A DNA stretch of 64,000 bases from an uncultured archaeon (lineage in GTDB: Archaea > Asgardarchaeota > Lokiarchaeia > Sigyniarchaeales > SOKP01), in assembly GCA_964486045.1 (NCBI GenBank), contig CAZALK010000001.1:840242-904241 (forward strand). Reading direction: 5' to 3'. Every line of letters starts with the position of its first letter. Positions within the stretch are counted from its first letter, which is position 1. The notes under the pieces were generated by a model. It saw only the letters and a program-made list of their open reading frames with translations, had not been told where the DNA came from and searched no databases. Positions 30,181 to 40,876 of the stretch are shown one piece after another. Both the position numbers and the translations under genes were made by a program.

Positions 30181-32364
30181 TCATTTAAATTTTGCAAAAA
30201 TCCAATCATCTTCATTTCTATATAGAATATTAAAATCAGAGTATAAATACGCTTGAAAATCTTCATCGGAAAATTTTACATTAAATAACACATATGTAAC
30301 ATTCATAAATTCAATATCTCCTTTAAATTCAATGTAATCAATGGGTTTTAAATAATGCGTAGAATTAGAATCAAAAATGTAATATATTTTTTCTAAGTTC
30401 TCCACTTGTATTAATGCATATAGGATTTGATTACGCTGTCCACTCTGATTTTGAAAAATCATAGTATTTTCTTCATCTAGGGGATTTTCATTGAAATAAT
30501 TTCCAGCAAACAAAACAACATCTATATGGCCATCAGTAAAATAATAAAGCATCCAATCTGATGTTTTTGAATAATTTAGAGTATAATAAATTCCGCCTAG
30601 GAAAATGATTGGTATAATGAAAAATGCTTTAGCAATTCTTCTCATTGATTTATTTTCAATGACTTTTGTATTTTTTTTTTTATTGGCTATTTTTCTATTA
30701 AATTTGATTTTACGAATTGATCTTTTCACAACAATTATAATACACACAAAAGGAAAAGCAAATAATAAAACCCAAAATCCAGAGAATAATTCAATTAATC
30801 GTATGATGTAAACATCTAAAAATGCATTAATTCCTGTTAGAAAATAAGTAATTTCATTTGGTAAAACATCGATAATACCATTTAACAAATAAATTAGGAA
30901 TGTTAAAATAAAGGTAAATTTAATAAATCTAACTAAAAATCGCTGTTTTTTATTTAAGTGAAAGAATTTATTAACGGGAATAAAAATTCCGATGGCTACA
31001 TAAATTATACCTGTTCCAAAAATCCAAAAAAAATGTGGTATATTACCAATATTAATTAAATCAAAAAAAACATTTGAAATTAAAGTCTCCATTCCTTGTA
31101 TTATTACTGTTTGAGATAAAAGAAATTCAGCCAAATTAAAAAAAAATTCTCCAATCTGAGCAACACCAGGTAACGGGCCAAAAAGATATAAAGGTTTAAA
31201 AATAGAAAATACTTCAATAAAGGAATAACCTAAAACCAATGAGTAATATATAATATAAGGGAGCATCATCACCAAGAAAATTGAAAAAATTGAAATAAGT
31301 TGTAGAAAGAAATTCCCCATATTGATTATTTTTAGCTTTAAATGTGTCTTTTCTCTTTTTAATTTTATAATAAAAAAAAAAATTTCAAATAAAAAATAAA
31401 AAATTATGTAATAAAGTCCATATAAAGGCTGAGTCATAGTCATTCCAGAAAGGATAATTCCTCTTACTAGAAAGTTTTTATTCTTAAAATTTAAGAATAT
31501 CCTTTTTCGCAATTTTATCTCATTTGAGAGCATATTGATAATGGATCCTTCTTTAAGCGATAAAAAAAATAAGAATCCTAACGTTGTACTTAAGGTTGAA
31601 GGTAAAAACATAGAATAACGATAAAAGTAATATTGATTACTTAAAAAGATGAGTAAAGCACAGAAAATTATAAGTTTTTTTTTAAAAAAGAATTTTATAA
31701 TTTCATATAAAACAATTAAATTTATAGCTGTAAGAAAAATTGGCATGTATTTGCAGAAAAAATATGCAATTAGAAAATTATCATTCAATGAGATTATGCT
31801 TGAGGTGAATAATACAAATCCCGGAGGATATACTCCAAAGACCTCAAGATTTAATGATCCATGCTTTTGGATAAACCAAATTTCTTCAAACCACAAATAG
31901 GGGTCAATACCAGGATAACTTGCATGTTGCCATATGATAAACATTTGAAATATATAGAGCAGTATAAAAATTGTGCCTATCATTAAGAAATTTGAAATAT
32001 TGCTTTTTAAAAGAAGTGAAATTTTTTTCCAACTAACTGCCTTTATTTTGTCTTTCAGTTTTGTATTACTTTTCTTGAAACAATAGATTATGAAACATAC
32101 GTCTATTATAATAAAGGGTAAGTATATTGTAAAAAAATTAAATATCCGAAAAGAGTTTATGACAAATGAATAAATAATATGAAAACAAACTCCTAGAGCA
32201 AAAGATATTAATACAAATGAAATCTTGTTTACTCTCTCGGGTTTTTTTTTACTAAAAATTATAAAACTAATCGAACCAAATATTGAAAATGTAATAAAAT
32301 AAGTAACAAATAGGAGTAGTGCAACTATAAAATATACTTCAGAATAAAGTATATTTAAAATCAA
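30181..32364 (-). CDS. Polytopic membrane protein, GT-C-like, tandem paralog A
   Basis: YPGIDPYLWFEE..YPPGF, many TM helices, C-terminus YRNEDDWIFAKFK. Confidence 0.7.
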   Translation of the reverse strand: MILNILYSEVYFIVALLLFVTYFITFSIFGSISFIIFSKKKPERVNKISFVLISFALGVCFHIIYSFVINSFRIFNFFTIYLPFIIIDVCFIIYCFKKSNTKLKDKIKAVSWKKISLLLKSNISNFLMIGTIFILLYIFQMFIIWQHASYPGIDPYLWFEEIWFIQKHGSLNLEVFGVYPPGFVLFTSSIISLNDNFLIAYFFCKYMPIFLTAINLIVLYEIIKFFFKKKLIIFCALLIFLSNQYYFYRYSMFLPSTLSTTLGFLFFLSLKEGSIINMLSNEIKLRKRIFLNFKNKNFLVRGIILSGMTMTQPLYGLYYIIFYFLFEIFFFIIKLKREKTHLKLKIINMGNFFLQLISIFSIFLVMMLPYIIYYSLVLGYSFIEVFSIFKPLYLFGPLPGVAQIGEFFFNLAEFLLSQTVIIQGMETLISNVFFDLINIGNIPHFFWIFGTGIIYVAIGIFIPVNKFFHLNKKQRFLVRFIKFTFILTFLIYLLNGIIDVLPNEITYFLTGINAFLDVYIIRLIELFSGFWVLLFAFPFVCIIIVVKRSIRKIKFNRKIANKKKNTKVIENKSMRRIAKAFFIIPIIFLGGIYYTLNYSKTSDWMLYYFTDGHIDVVLFAGNYFNENPLDEENTMIFQNQSGQRNQILYALIQVENLEKIYYIFDSNSTHYLKPIDYIEFKGDIEFMNVTYVLFNVKFSDEDFQAYLYSDFNILYRNEDDWIFAKFK

Positions 32365-32480
32365 AACAAAACCACTTTTTATCCTATAATATTATAAGAA
32401 GAAATTTAAAAGTTGTTATTGTGTGATTTAGTTGTCGCTTAAAATTTATCTGTTTTTAGAAAAAATAAGTTAAAGAATTA
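32365..32480 (-). promoter_or_regulatory. Conserved upstream region of paralog A (TTTTAAATT at 32403-32411, GTGGT at 32371-32375)
   Basis: Archaeal BRE/TATA-like spacing, conserved in the three copies. Confidence 0.5.
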
Positions 32481-32687
32481 AATTATAGAATCTAATTCCT
32501 TTTTACTACTATAATATAATAACTTTTAAAATCATAATAATTATTATATATTATTTAACGCGAGGCAGTGTAAAGTAAATTTACAATTAAAATGCTGGTT
32601 ATATAAGTCAATAGTTATTGTAAGAAATTGTAAAAGAAAGCCAACTCTAATGGAAATGGAACAAGATAAGAAAGTGGCATATGAAAA

Positions 32688-33422
32688 ATGTTTATAAACT
32701 CGCAGAATAAAAAAAAAATATTTGAAATTTTTTTTCTTCTAACAACCATATCCCTAACTTCAATTACTTTATTTCTTTTTAGTGAATAAAGGATAACTAG
32801 TGAAGAAAAGAGTTATGATCCAGACTATTATATTCAATATTTAAGAACTATATCTGTACCTTTAACCGAAAACATTGTTGAGAATTTAAACAAGGCAATC
32901 GTTTTAATGAATTTCACTCACTACTATATGACATTCAAGTCAGTTAATTTTAGCAAAAGAATCGATGTAATTGCTCTTATAGAAAATAGAGGAGGGCTTT
33001 GTAGTGAATATGCATCTCTCTTTGTTTCCCTCTGTATCTCGATTGGGATAAACGGAAGGAGGATAGGTTTATTTTTTGGTGAAGAGGGACACCAAATAAC
33101 AGAAATATATATAAATGGAAAATGGCAAGTTTTTGATCCGTTATATCACTATTATTTCAACAAGACTACACAAGAAATTGTCCATAATTATAATATCACT
33201 GAAAGGCAAATATTGTTTAATAATACCTATGATAATGTGCAAACTAAAAATGGGTTCCCAAGAATTACATATATTTATCTAGCAGATTATTATAGCAGCT
33301 TTCATTTAATAATTGAAAGTCCTTCAATTTTTAATAATGTTAATCCTGGAATATCCCAGATTTATAATGATGGTCAAAATCCTTTATTACTAATATTTAC
33401 TGATATAGATTGGTATGAATAA
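32688..33422 (+). CDS. Transglutaminase-like (Cys-His-Asp) protein; N-terminal membrane anchor cut off by in-frame TAA at 32787 (ORF track start 32907)
   Basis: GLCSEYA / EGHQITE / WQVFDP triad. ATG 32688 is in frame and encodes KKKIFEIFFLLTTISLTSITLFLFSE*. Confidence 0.75.
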
Positions 33423-33559
33423 TAAAACTCTACTACGGTTTTAAAAGAATAGGAGATCTGGTGCGAATATTAAATTAGATTTTAAAAAATATTTCATTCA
33501 CTCTCTTCTACAACAATAGAGGATGATCAGAATAATTTTCAATACTTGAAGCCTTTTTC

Positions 33560-35086
33560 TTACTTCTGGTTCTTAGATTTATCTGAAAATTCATTTTTTA
33601 CTGATTCTGTATAACTCTTTAATTTCAAAATTTCAATGAAAAATGATAAATCTTCCCTCTTAAGTTCTTTAAAAACAATTAATAACCCAATAAAAATACC
33701 CATTGCTATAGTTGAAGATAATATTAATAATAAAATTTGATTGCCAAAAAATAGGTTATTAAGTAAATTTTTGATAAAGAATGCAACTATTATTGTCAGG
33801 ATTGCTAAAAAAAGCTGTAAAATCATCGTCTTTTGAGATTTTATGTTTAGAGTTTTTTTAATATAATAACGACAAAGGAAAGTCCAAAATATCCATGGAA
33901 TTGTTTGAGCTAAAGCATAACCCATTGCACCTAATCCTAGAGTTTTAACGAAAAATATTTCTTGTGGAATAAAGTAAAGCATTAAAATAATTAGTAGGAT
34001 AGAAACAAATGAATTCACACGAGCATTTAATTTTTGTTTTTTTCCTGCTACTAAGAGCCAACTATATGGTTGAGAGATGCCTATGAAATAAGGTATGAAT
34101 ATCATAATGTAAAGAATAGGAACAGCTTCAAGAAAGTTCGGTAATAAGATAACCATAATTAATTCCCCATTAAGGAGTATTATTATTATAATGAATAAGA
34201 ATAAGATTGAAGAGTATTTTTCAATGGTGTACAAAGTTGTTTTTATCGAAATAAAATCTTCCCTCTCAAAATCTTGCGCAAAGAGAGTTACATATATCGA
34301 ACTAATAGTTCCTGAGATTAATACTAAAATAGGTATTAAATAGATGTTAACACTGCTAAAATAACCAAGAGATTCATTACCAAACGAATAGTAGAGAATC
34401 AAATTTCCTAAGTAAGTTGCTATTACTGATACTACAGAAAAGAAAATTAAAGGTTTTGCATCTTTAATATAATTAAGCGCTAATATTTTGTTTGGTTTGT
34501 TAATTTTAATCTCATTTTTCGACAGATAAAATATTATTATTATAAAAAATATGTAAAATATGAAATTTGAAACGCTTAGATATAATATTGGATCAGAAAT
34601 ATGAGATATATTATATGCAAGATAAATTACTGAAAGGCTATAGCCAGTTAAAACGAAAAAATTAGGAATTTCAGCTTTGAAAATTTTAATCTTTATTCTT
34701 AGGTTAATTATAAATATATCCCCAATAACAAAGAAAATTTTAGAAAATAGTAAAAATAAGCTGAACGCAAGAAATACTGTACTCCATATTTGTAATATTG
34801 CGAGTAATCCTAATGTAACTATCACATTGATAATTAATAATACTACTTTAATCATAAAATAAGTCCCTATGTAATCTGAAATGTTTTCTTTACCGGAATA
34901 CTGATAATGAATCGAATTAAAACCGACATTTATAAATACAAAACCAAGATTAACAACAGTATTTAAAAAAATCCATGTTCCTACTGTAGCAATATCTAAT
35001 TTTGATAAAAGGATATATGAAGCAAATAGAAATAACAAATTCGAGCTTAATCCTGTAATTAGCGAAAAAATAAACTTTTCTTTCAA
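33560..35086 (-). CDS. Oligosaccharide flippase (Wzx/MOP family)
   Basis: About 14 TM helices, LGLGAMGYALAQ, glycan-locus context. Confidence 0.85.
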   Translation of the reverse strand: MKEKFIFSLITGLSSNLLFLFASYILLSKLDIATVGTWIFLNTVVNLGFVFINVGFNSIHYQYSGKENISDYIGTYFMIKVVLLIINVIVTLGLLAILQIWSTVFLAFSLFLLFSKIFFVIGDIFIINLRIKIKIFKAEIPNFFVLTGYSLSVIYLAYNISHISDPILYLSVSNFIFYIFFIIIIFYLSKNEIKINKPNKILALNYIKDAKPLIFFSVVSVIATYLGNLILYYSFGNESLGYFSSVNIYLIPILVLISGTISSIYVTLFAQDFEREDFISIKTTLYTIEKYSSILFLFIIIIILLNGELIMVILLPNFLEAVPILYIMIFIPYFIGISQPYSWLLVAGKKQKLNARVNSFVSILLIILMLYFIPQEIFFVKTLGLGAMGYALAQTIPWIFWTFLCRYYIKKTLNIKSQKTMILQLFLAILTIIVAFFIKNLLNNLFFGNQILLLILSSTIAMGIFIGLLIVFKELKREDLSFFIEILKLKSYTESVKNEFSDKSKNQK

Positions 35087-35521
35087 ACTTTTAAACCTTA
35101 ATTTTAGGAGATTCTTGTTTTTTCTTAAACTTAAATATGTTAAATATTCACTTAATCATATTATAATTCTATGAAAAGAATAAAATTTTAATAAATTTTA
35201 TAAATTTAAACAATTCAAAAGATAAAGAACATTGATTGAATAATATAGGTTTTAAAATTGTAAATTACTAGCTATTAAAGGAGTTATTAAGTGGATTTAG
35301 ATCTGATCAATCTTATTTTTGAAAGATTAGGGAAAATAGTGAAAAAAAAGAATGATTTTCTGAAATCAACCATTCTTGTTATCATTAAAAAAAAATGAAA
35401 TTTAACAACCAGAAAGAATTTAAATTAATTTTTACTAAGCGAAAATAGTTATGTTGGAATACTAGTAGAATTTTCTTAATCTTTTATTAATCAAACCCAA
35501 AAAAAGGTATTAAATTAAAAT

Positions 35522-37369
35522 ATGTGTGGCATCTGTGGTTTTAATTGGGATAATAAGCTAAAATTAAGGGAGATGTTGGATTTAATCAAACACCGAGGTC
35601 CCGATGATGAAGGATACTACACAGACTCCCTTGCATCAATTGGGATACGGAGGCTTTCAATTATAGATTTAATTACGGGACATCAACCGCAGCATAATGA
35701 AAAGGAAGATATATGGATAGTTTTCAACGGAGAAATTTATAATTTTAAAGAAATAAGAGTAGATTTGGAGGGTAAAGGGCATACTTTCTATACTAAATCA
35801 GATACAGAAGTAATTATACATTCCTATGAAGAATGGGGAGAAGATTGTGTGAAAAAACTAAGGGGACAATTTGCGTTTTGTATTTTCGATTTAAATAAGA
35901 AAATTCTCTTCTTGGCTCGTGATCATATGGGATTAAAACCTCTTTATTATTACTTTGATGGAAATAAATTCATTTTTGGTTCAGAAATAAAAAGTATTCT
36001 TGCGCATAATATTGAAAGAGAATTAAATGAGAAAAGTTTTAGTTTATATATTTCCTTGAGATATATTCCCTTTAATTTAACGTTATTTAAAAATATACTA
36101 AAAGTACCTCCTTCGAGTTTTTTAATATTTGACTTAGTAAGTAAACATATTAGTATAAAATCATATTGGGATATTAATTTTAATATTAATCGAGATAAAT
36201 CTGTTTCTTATCTTGCAAATGAATTAAAAAATTTATTGGAAGAAAGTATAAAAATCAGACTAGTCAGTGATGTTCCTCTAGGAGCATTTTTATCAGGGGG
36301 TATTGATTCTTCAAGTGTCGTTGGCATTATGTCAAAATTAATGGATGACCCTGTCAAGACATTCTCAATATATTTCGAGGAAGGTGCTCCAATCAACGAA
36401 TTAAAATATTCTCGGCTAGTATCTGAATATTATGAAACAGATCACACAGAGATTGTAGTAAAGTCAACATCATTATGTGATTTATTACCAAAACTTATCT
36501 GGTATCATGACGATCTTGTCGCAGATGCTGCATTTATACCTGTTTATCTTATGGCAAAATACGCTAAAGAAAAAATGACGGTTGCATTAACTGGAGATGG
36601 CGCAGATGAGGTATTTGCGGGATATTCAATTTATTATCAAGCTGATTATTTAAGTTTTGCAAAATACATACCAAAAGAGGTATATAATCTATTATTGAAA
36701 TTTTATGATTTTATCCCATCTCAAACATTAAGAATGGCATTAGCTTATGCTAGTCAATCGAAAAATGAAGTAGATAAATATATGAGAAATATTTGTGAAC
36801 CAATCAACGAATTATCAAGAATTATTCCCTCTCAAACTTATAATGTACCTGAATTAATTAAAAAGACTTTTATAGAAACCTTAGACGTAATAAACCAATT
36901 TACTCGTTGGGATTTAAAACATCAGTTACCAAATCAATATAATATGAAAATTGATAAAATGAGTATGGCTTCTTCATTTGAAGCAAGAATTCCCTTTTTG
37001 GATAAAGAGATTGTCAGTTGGTCAGCCTCAATTCCTTCAGATTTAAAATTAAGGAATAATACTGAGAAGTATATTCTTAGACTAGCCATGAAAGATATAC
37101 TACCTCGTGAAATTTTACAAAGAAAGAAATTGGGATTTGGAACTCCTATTAATCTATGGTTAAAGACAGGTTTAAAAGAGATCTCAAGTCAATTATTAGA
37201 AAATTTAAAAAGGAGAAAAAATATCATTCAGAGTAAATACGTTAAGGGGGTCAAGAAAAATCTATTAAAAAAATTATTTTCCTCTCGAGCATGGAATCTT
37301 ATTATGTTTGAATTATGGTACGAGACATTTATAGAGAACGATGGATTAAATCCAATAAAACTATATTAA
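35522..37369 (+). CDS. asnB: Asparagine synthase (glutamine-hydrolysing) family amidotransferase
   Basis: MCGICG, HRGPD, RLSIID, FNGEIYN, LSGGIDSS, GDGADEVFAGY. In this context it probably amidates sugars. Confidence 0.93.
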   Translation: MCGICGFNWDNKLKLREMLDLIKHRGPDDEGYYTDSLASIGIRRLSIIDLITGHQPQHNEKEDIWIVFNGEIYNFKEIRVDLEGKGHTFYTKSDTEVIIHSYEEWGEDCVKKLRGQFAFCIFDLNKKILFLARDHMGLKPLYYYFDGNKFIFGSEIKSILAHNIERELNEKSFSLYISLRYIPFNLTLFKNILKVPPSSFLIFDLVSKHISIKSYWDINFNINRDKSVSYLANELKNLLEESIKIRLVSDVPLGAFLSGGIDSSSVVGIMSKLMDDPVKTFSIYFEEGAPINELKYSRLVSEYYETDHTEIVVKSTSLCDLLPKLIWYHDDLVADAAFIPVYLMAKYAKEKMTVALTGDGADEVFAGYSIYYQADYLSFAKYIPKEVYNLLLKFYDFIPSQTLRMALAYASQSKNEVDKYMRNICEPINELSRIIPSQTYNVPELIKKTFIETLDVINQFTRWDLKHQLPNQYNMKIDKMSMASSFEARIPFLDKEIVSWSASIPSDLKLRNNTEKYILRLAMKDILPREILQRKKLGFGTPINLWLKTGLKEISSQLLENLKRRKNIIQSKYVKGVKKNLLKKLFSSRAWNLIMFELWYETFIENDGLNPIKLY

Positions 37370-37518
37370 TTTTTATTAAAAATTTAAATCAACATAAAAT
37401 ATGATTTGTAATTTATTTTTATTCAATTTTAAATTACGACTTCATAGATATAGCATTAATTATTAAAAAAAATGATACATTTAAATTATCTCTTAAAATT
37501 TAAAAAACGGTATAGAAA

Positions 37519-38631
37519 TTGAAAATATGTATGCGATTAGGTTCCCATCCAAAATATAGTTCAGGTGGATCTGAGCGACAAATGGATTTAATTGGACAAT
37601 ATTTGATTAAAAAAAATGTTGATGTTCATTTTATTATAAATAAGATAACCGATACTCAAAAAAAATATGAAGTAATAAATGGGATAAAAGTTCATACAAT
37701 CGGAAGACTAAGAGATTATAAAACATATAAGAATAGAAAGAATTTCATACAAATAATTGATTCGACGGACTCAAGTCTTTTTTACAAACATTATTTCAAG
37801 TTTTCTTTTGATATATATCATTTGATGGGAGCGGACTTTATTACTGGAGTATGGGCTTTCTATTCACGAGTCCTTAAAAAGAAAAAAGTTATATTTACTG
37901 CAGCATCGATATCGGATTGCGAAAAAAATGGTTTTGAATGGAGTAAAATAACAAATCAAGTTTATAAATATGGTGTACAACATGCTGATCAAGTAGTAGT
38001 TTTAGCAGACTACATGAAAAAAGAAATGTATAAAAATTTTAATGTTAACTCCATTGTTATAAAGGCTGGGCATCCTATACCAAATGAAGAATTTAAAAAA
38101 GATGACCCTCCTATGATCTTATGGATTTCTAGGCTAAATAAATTGAAGTACCCCGATTTATTTATTAAAATATTTGAAGAATTAAAAGAGTTAAATGCAC
38201 AATTTGTTCTTATTGGCTCCGGTTATTACTTGAAAAATGAAATTATTAAATACTCGAAGAAGTATAGTAATTTTACATATATTCCAGGAGTTAAGCAATA
38301 CAAAGATAATGAATACTATGCTAAGGCTTCATTATTTATAAGTACTTCCTCTCTTGAAGGATTTCCAAACGCATTCATCCAAGCTTGGATATATAAAACC
38401 CCAGTAATGTCTCTAAATATAGATCCGGATGGAGTAATCTCTAAATATAATCTGGGATTCTATGCTCAAGGTAATTTTCAAAAACTAATTAATAATATTA
38501 AGGATTTAATTGAAAATCCGTCTAAAACAAGAGATATAGGTGAAAACTGTAGGGATTATGCTATTGCCAATCATGATATTGAACAAACTTCTAAACAATA
38601 TTATTTATTGTATAAAAAGCTATATTATTGA
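37519..38631 (+). CDS. GT4 glycosyltransferase
   Basis: GGSERQ and EGFPNAFIQAW motifs. Confidence 0.9.
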   Translation: MKICMRLGSHPKYSSGGSERQMDLIGQYLIKKNVDVHFIINKITDTQKKYEVINGIKVHTIGRLRDYKTYKNRKNFIQIIDSTDSSLFYKHYFKFSFDIYHLMGADFITGVWAFYSRVLKKKKVIFTAASISDCEKNGFEWSKITNQVYKYGVQHADQVVVLADYMKKEMYKNFNVNSIVIKAGHPIPNEEFKKDDPPMILWISRLNKLKYPDLFIKIFEELKELNAQFVLIGSGYYLKNEIIKYSKKYSNFTYIPGVKQYKDNEYYAKASLFISTSSLEGFPNAFIQAWIYKTPVMSLNIDPDGVISKYNLGFYAQGNFQKLINNIKDLIENPSKTRDIGENCRDYAIANHDIEQTSKQYYLLYKKLYY

Positions 38632-38828
38632 TAAAATTAAATTCCAATTTATAAACTCGTTCCAGTATTATACCGAAAAAGAATATTAGGAATGTCTTTA
38701 TAGCCTAATTTTTTATAGTAAGTATAATCGTGTTTTAATCAGCTAATCAATAAATTATTTTAATGAGAAATCAATTTAATATCATAAAATTATCAATTTA
38801 TTTTATCTTTTAATAAAATTTTATATCC

Positions 38829-39662
38829 ATGAAAAATACCGAAGAATTTACAAAAAATCTAAAAAATAAAACGGATGGAATCTCATTCTCATTTGGAAAG
38901 AATTGGAAAAATTATATAAATTCATTAACTATTGAAAAAATCCAAATTGCTAAGCAAAGTTTAAAAGATTTTTTAGGTGATATTACAGGTAAGACTTGTA
39001 TAGATATTGGAAGTGGAAGTGGTCTATTTTCATATTCGATGTATGTTCTGGGAGCCAAAGAGATTATCAGCTTCGATTTGGACCCATTTTCAGTACAATG
39101 TTCCAATTTTTTAAGAAATAAAGTAAGAAATCCCGAAAGATGGAATATTTATCAAGGATCTATTTTAGAAAAAAAATTTATTTCGCAATTTGACAAATAT
39201 GATATCGTTTATTCATGGGGAGTTCTCCATCATACTGAAAATATGTGGGAAGCAATTAAAAATGCAGCATCGTTAGTAAAGGATGACGGAATTCTCTTCT
39301 TAGCAATATATAATAAAACTCCGGTCTCGAGATTCTGGTTAAGAATAAAGAGATTATATAACAAATCTCCAAAATTTGTTAAAATACTTATGGATTATTT
39401 GTATTTAAGTATCTTTCATTTTTGTTATCCTCTAATAACACTAAAGAATCCATTTAAATCGCTTAAAGAATATATAAAAAAAAGAGGTATGAATCCTTTA
39501 ATAGATATAAGAGATTGGCTGGGAGGGCTTCCATATGAATATGCTTCGGTTATTGAGGTCAGAAATTTCATACAAAATTTAAATTTAAATTTTGATTTGA
39601 TAAAATATACCGAAACGAAATTTGATGGAAATAACGAATTTTTATTTAAAAGAAAAAAGTAA
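38829..39662 (+). CDS. Class I SAM-dependent methyltransferase
   Basis: FSFGKNW, DIGSGSGLFS, YSWGVLHHT, DWLGGLPYE. Confidence 0.88.
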   Translation: MKNTEEFTKNLKNKTDGISFSFGKNWKNYINSLTIEKIQIAKQSLKDFLGDITGKTCIDIGSGSGLFSYSMYVLGAKEIISFDLDPFSVQCSNFLRNKVRNPERWNIYQGSILEKKFISQFDKYDIVYSWGVLHHTENMWEAIKNAASLVKDDGILFLAIYNKTPVSRFWLRIKRLYNKSPKFVKILMDYLYLSIFHFCYPLITLKNPFKSLKEYIKKRGMNPLIDIRDWLGGLPYEYASVIEVRNFIQNLNLNFDLIKYTETKFDGNNEFLFKRKK

Positions 39663-39692
39663 GTTCTTTAAGAAGAGAAAAAAATCATTAAA

Positions 39693-40859
39693 ATGAACAT
39701 TTTAATATATTCATATAATTTCCTCCCGAAAGATAAGGGAGGGATGGAGAAATATTTATTATCATTAGTACAAAGATTAAAAAAAAATCATAAAGTAATT
39801 TTAGTTTTACCTAATCGTCATAATATCTCTATAAATAATGTTAAAATATATAATATTCATAGTTTAAAAGTCAAATCTGATATTAAAAGTACATTAAGTA
39901 TTATTTCTTTTTTTTCAAGCTCTTTAAGTATTTTGTCTAGCTTTTTATCAACTTTCATTAAATTACCTCTTATATTAAAAAAGAATAAGATCGATATTGT
40001 TAATATATTTCAACCATCTACTAATGCTACAGCAGTAATTTCAATAGCTCGTCTTTTTAAAAAGAAATCTATAATAAATTTAAGAGGCTTAGAGGCCGAT
40101 ACTAATTTGATTTATCAATTATCATTAGATTCTACTTTTCTTTTTTCAAATATAATCCTAATAAATTCAAGAGATTTACTCAAGAGATATATTCAGGCAT
40201 CTTATCTTCCAAAATTCATATTTTCTAAAAAAAAATATTATTATCTTCCTAATGGGATTAATATTGACTATTGGAAACCAGATAAATCTGAAAAAATTAA
40301 TACAGAATCAGATTTAGTATTTGTAGGAAACCTTATTGATAAATCTCAAATAATAAATAAGGGAATTAAATTTTTATACGAAGCAATTAAAATTCTGAAA
40401 GAAAAAAATAATATAAATTTGAAAGTAGTGGTTATAGGACGTGCTAATATTCATTTATTAAAGAAAATGATCGCACCTGATATTGAAAAATATCTTGAAT
40501 TTTTTGGTTTCATAAAAAATTACAACACATTAAAAGCTAAAATTCAAAAGAGTAGAATATATGTATTACCATCCTTTTCCGAAGGAATGCCAAACAGTTT
40601 AATGGAAGCTATGGCTCTGGAGATGCCTTGTATTGCTAGCAATGTAGGAGGTGTACCTGAACTAATTGAACATAATGTTGATGGATTAATTTTTGAACCA
40701 AAAAATTCAAAAAAATTCGCAAATTTAATTCGATTATTACTTGAAGATGAAAATCTTCAAAAAAGATTAAGTATAAGTGCGAGGAAAAAAATGGTAAATA
40801 AGTTTAATTGGAATCAGATTATAAAAAAATTGGAAATCCTCTATGGGAAACTTTTATAA
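39693..40859 (+). CDS. GT4 glycosyltransferase
   Basis: EGMPNSLMEAMA..ASNVGGVPE. Confidence 0.92.
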   Translation: MNILIYSYNFLPKDKGGMEKYLLSLVQRLKKNHKVILVLPNRHNISINNVKIYNIHSLKVKSDIKSTLSIISFFSSSLSILSSFLSTFIKLPLILKKNKIDIVNIFQPSTNATAVISIARLFKKKSIINLRGLEADTNLIYQLSLDSTFLFSNIILINSRDLLKRYIQASYLPKFIFSKKKYYYLPNGINIDYWKPDKSEKINTESDLVFVGNLIDKSQIINKGIKFLYEAIKILKEKNNINLKVVVIGRANIHLLKKMIAPDIEKYLEFFGFIKNYNTLKAKIQKSRIYVLPSFSEGMPNSLMEAMALEMPCIASNVGGVPELIEHNVDGLIFEPKNSKKFANLIRLLLEDENLQKRLSISARKKMVNKFNWNQIIKKLEILYGKLL

Positions 40860-40876
40860 GAGATAATTATCAACCT

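Noticed and set aside
25096-32364. Calling the membrane paralogs AglB oligosaccharyltransferases
   Set aside because: The WWDxG motif is absent and only the first-loop resemblance is present.
32555-32600. GC-richer patch acgcgaggcagtgtaaagtaaatttaca as a riboswitch or ncRNA
   Set aside because: Only a 5-6 bp stem and no match to any RNA family I can recognise.
36389-36814. 15-bp repeat ccaatcaacgaatta (PINEL twice) within asnB
   Set aside because: Only two short copies ~410 bp apart with no further structure, compatible with chance.
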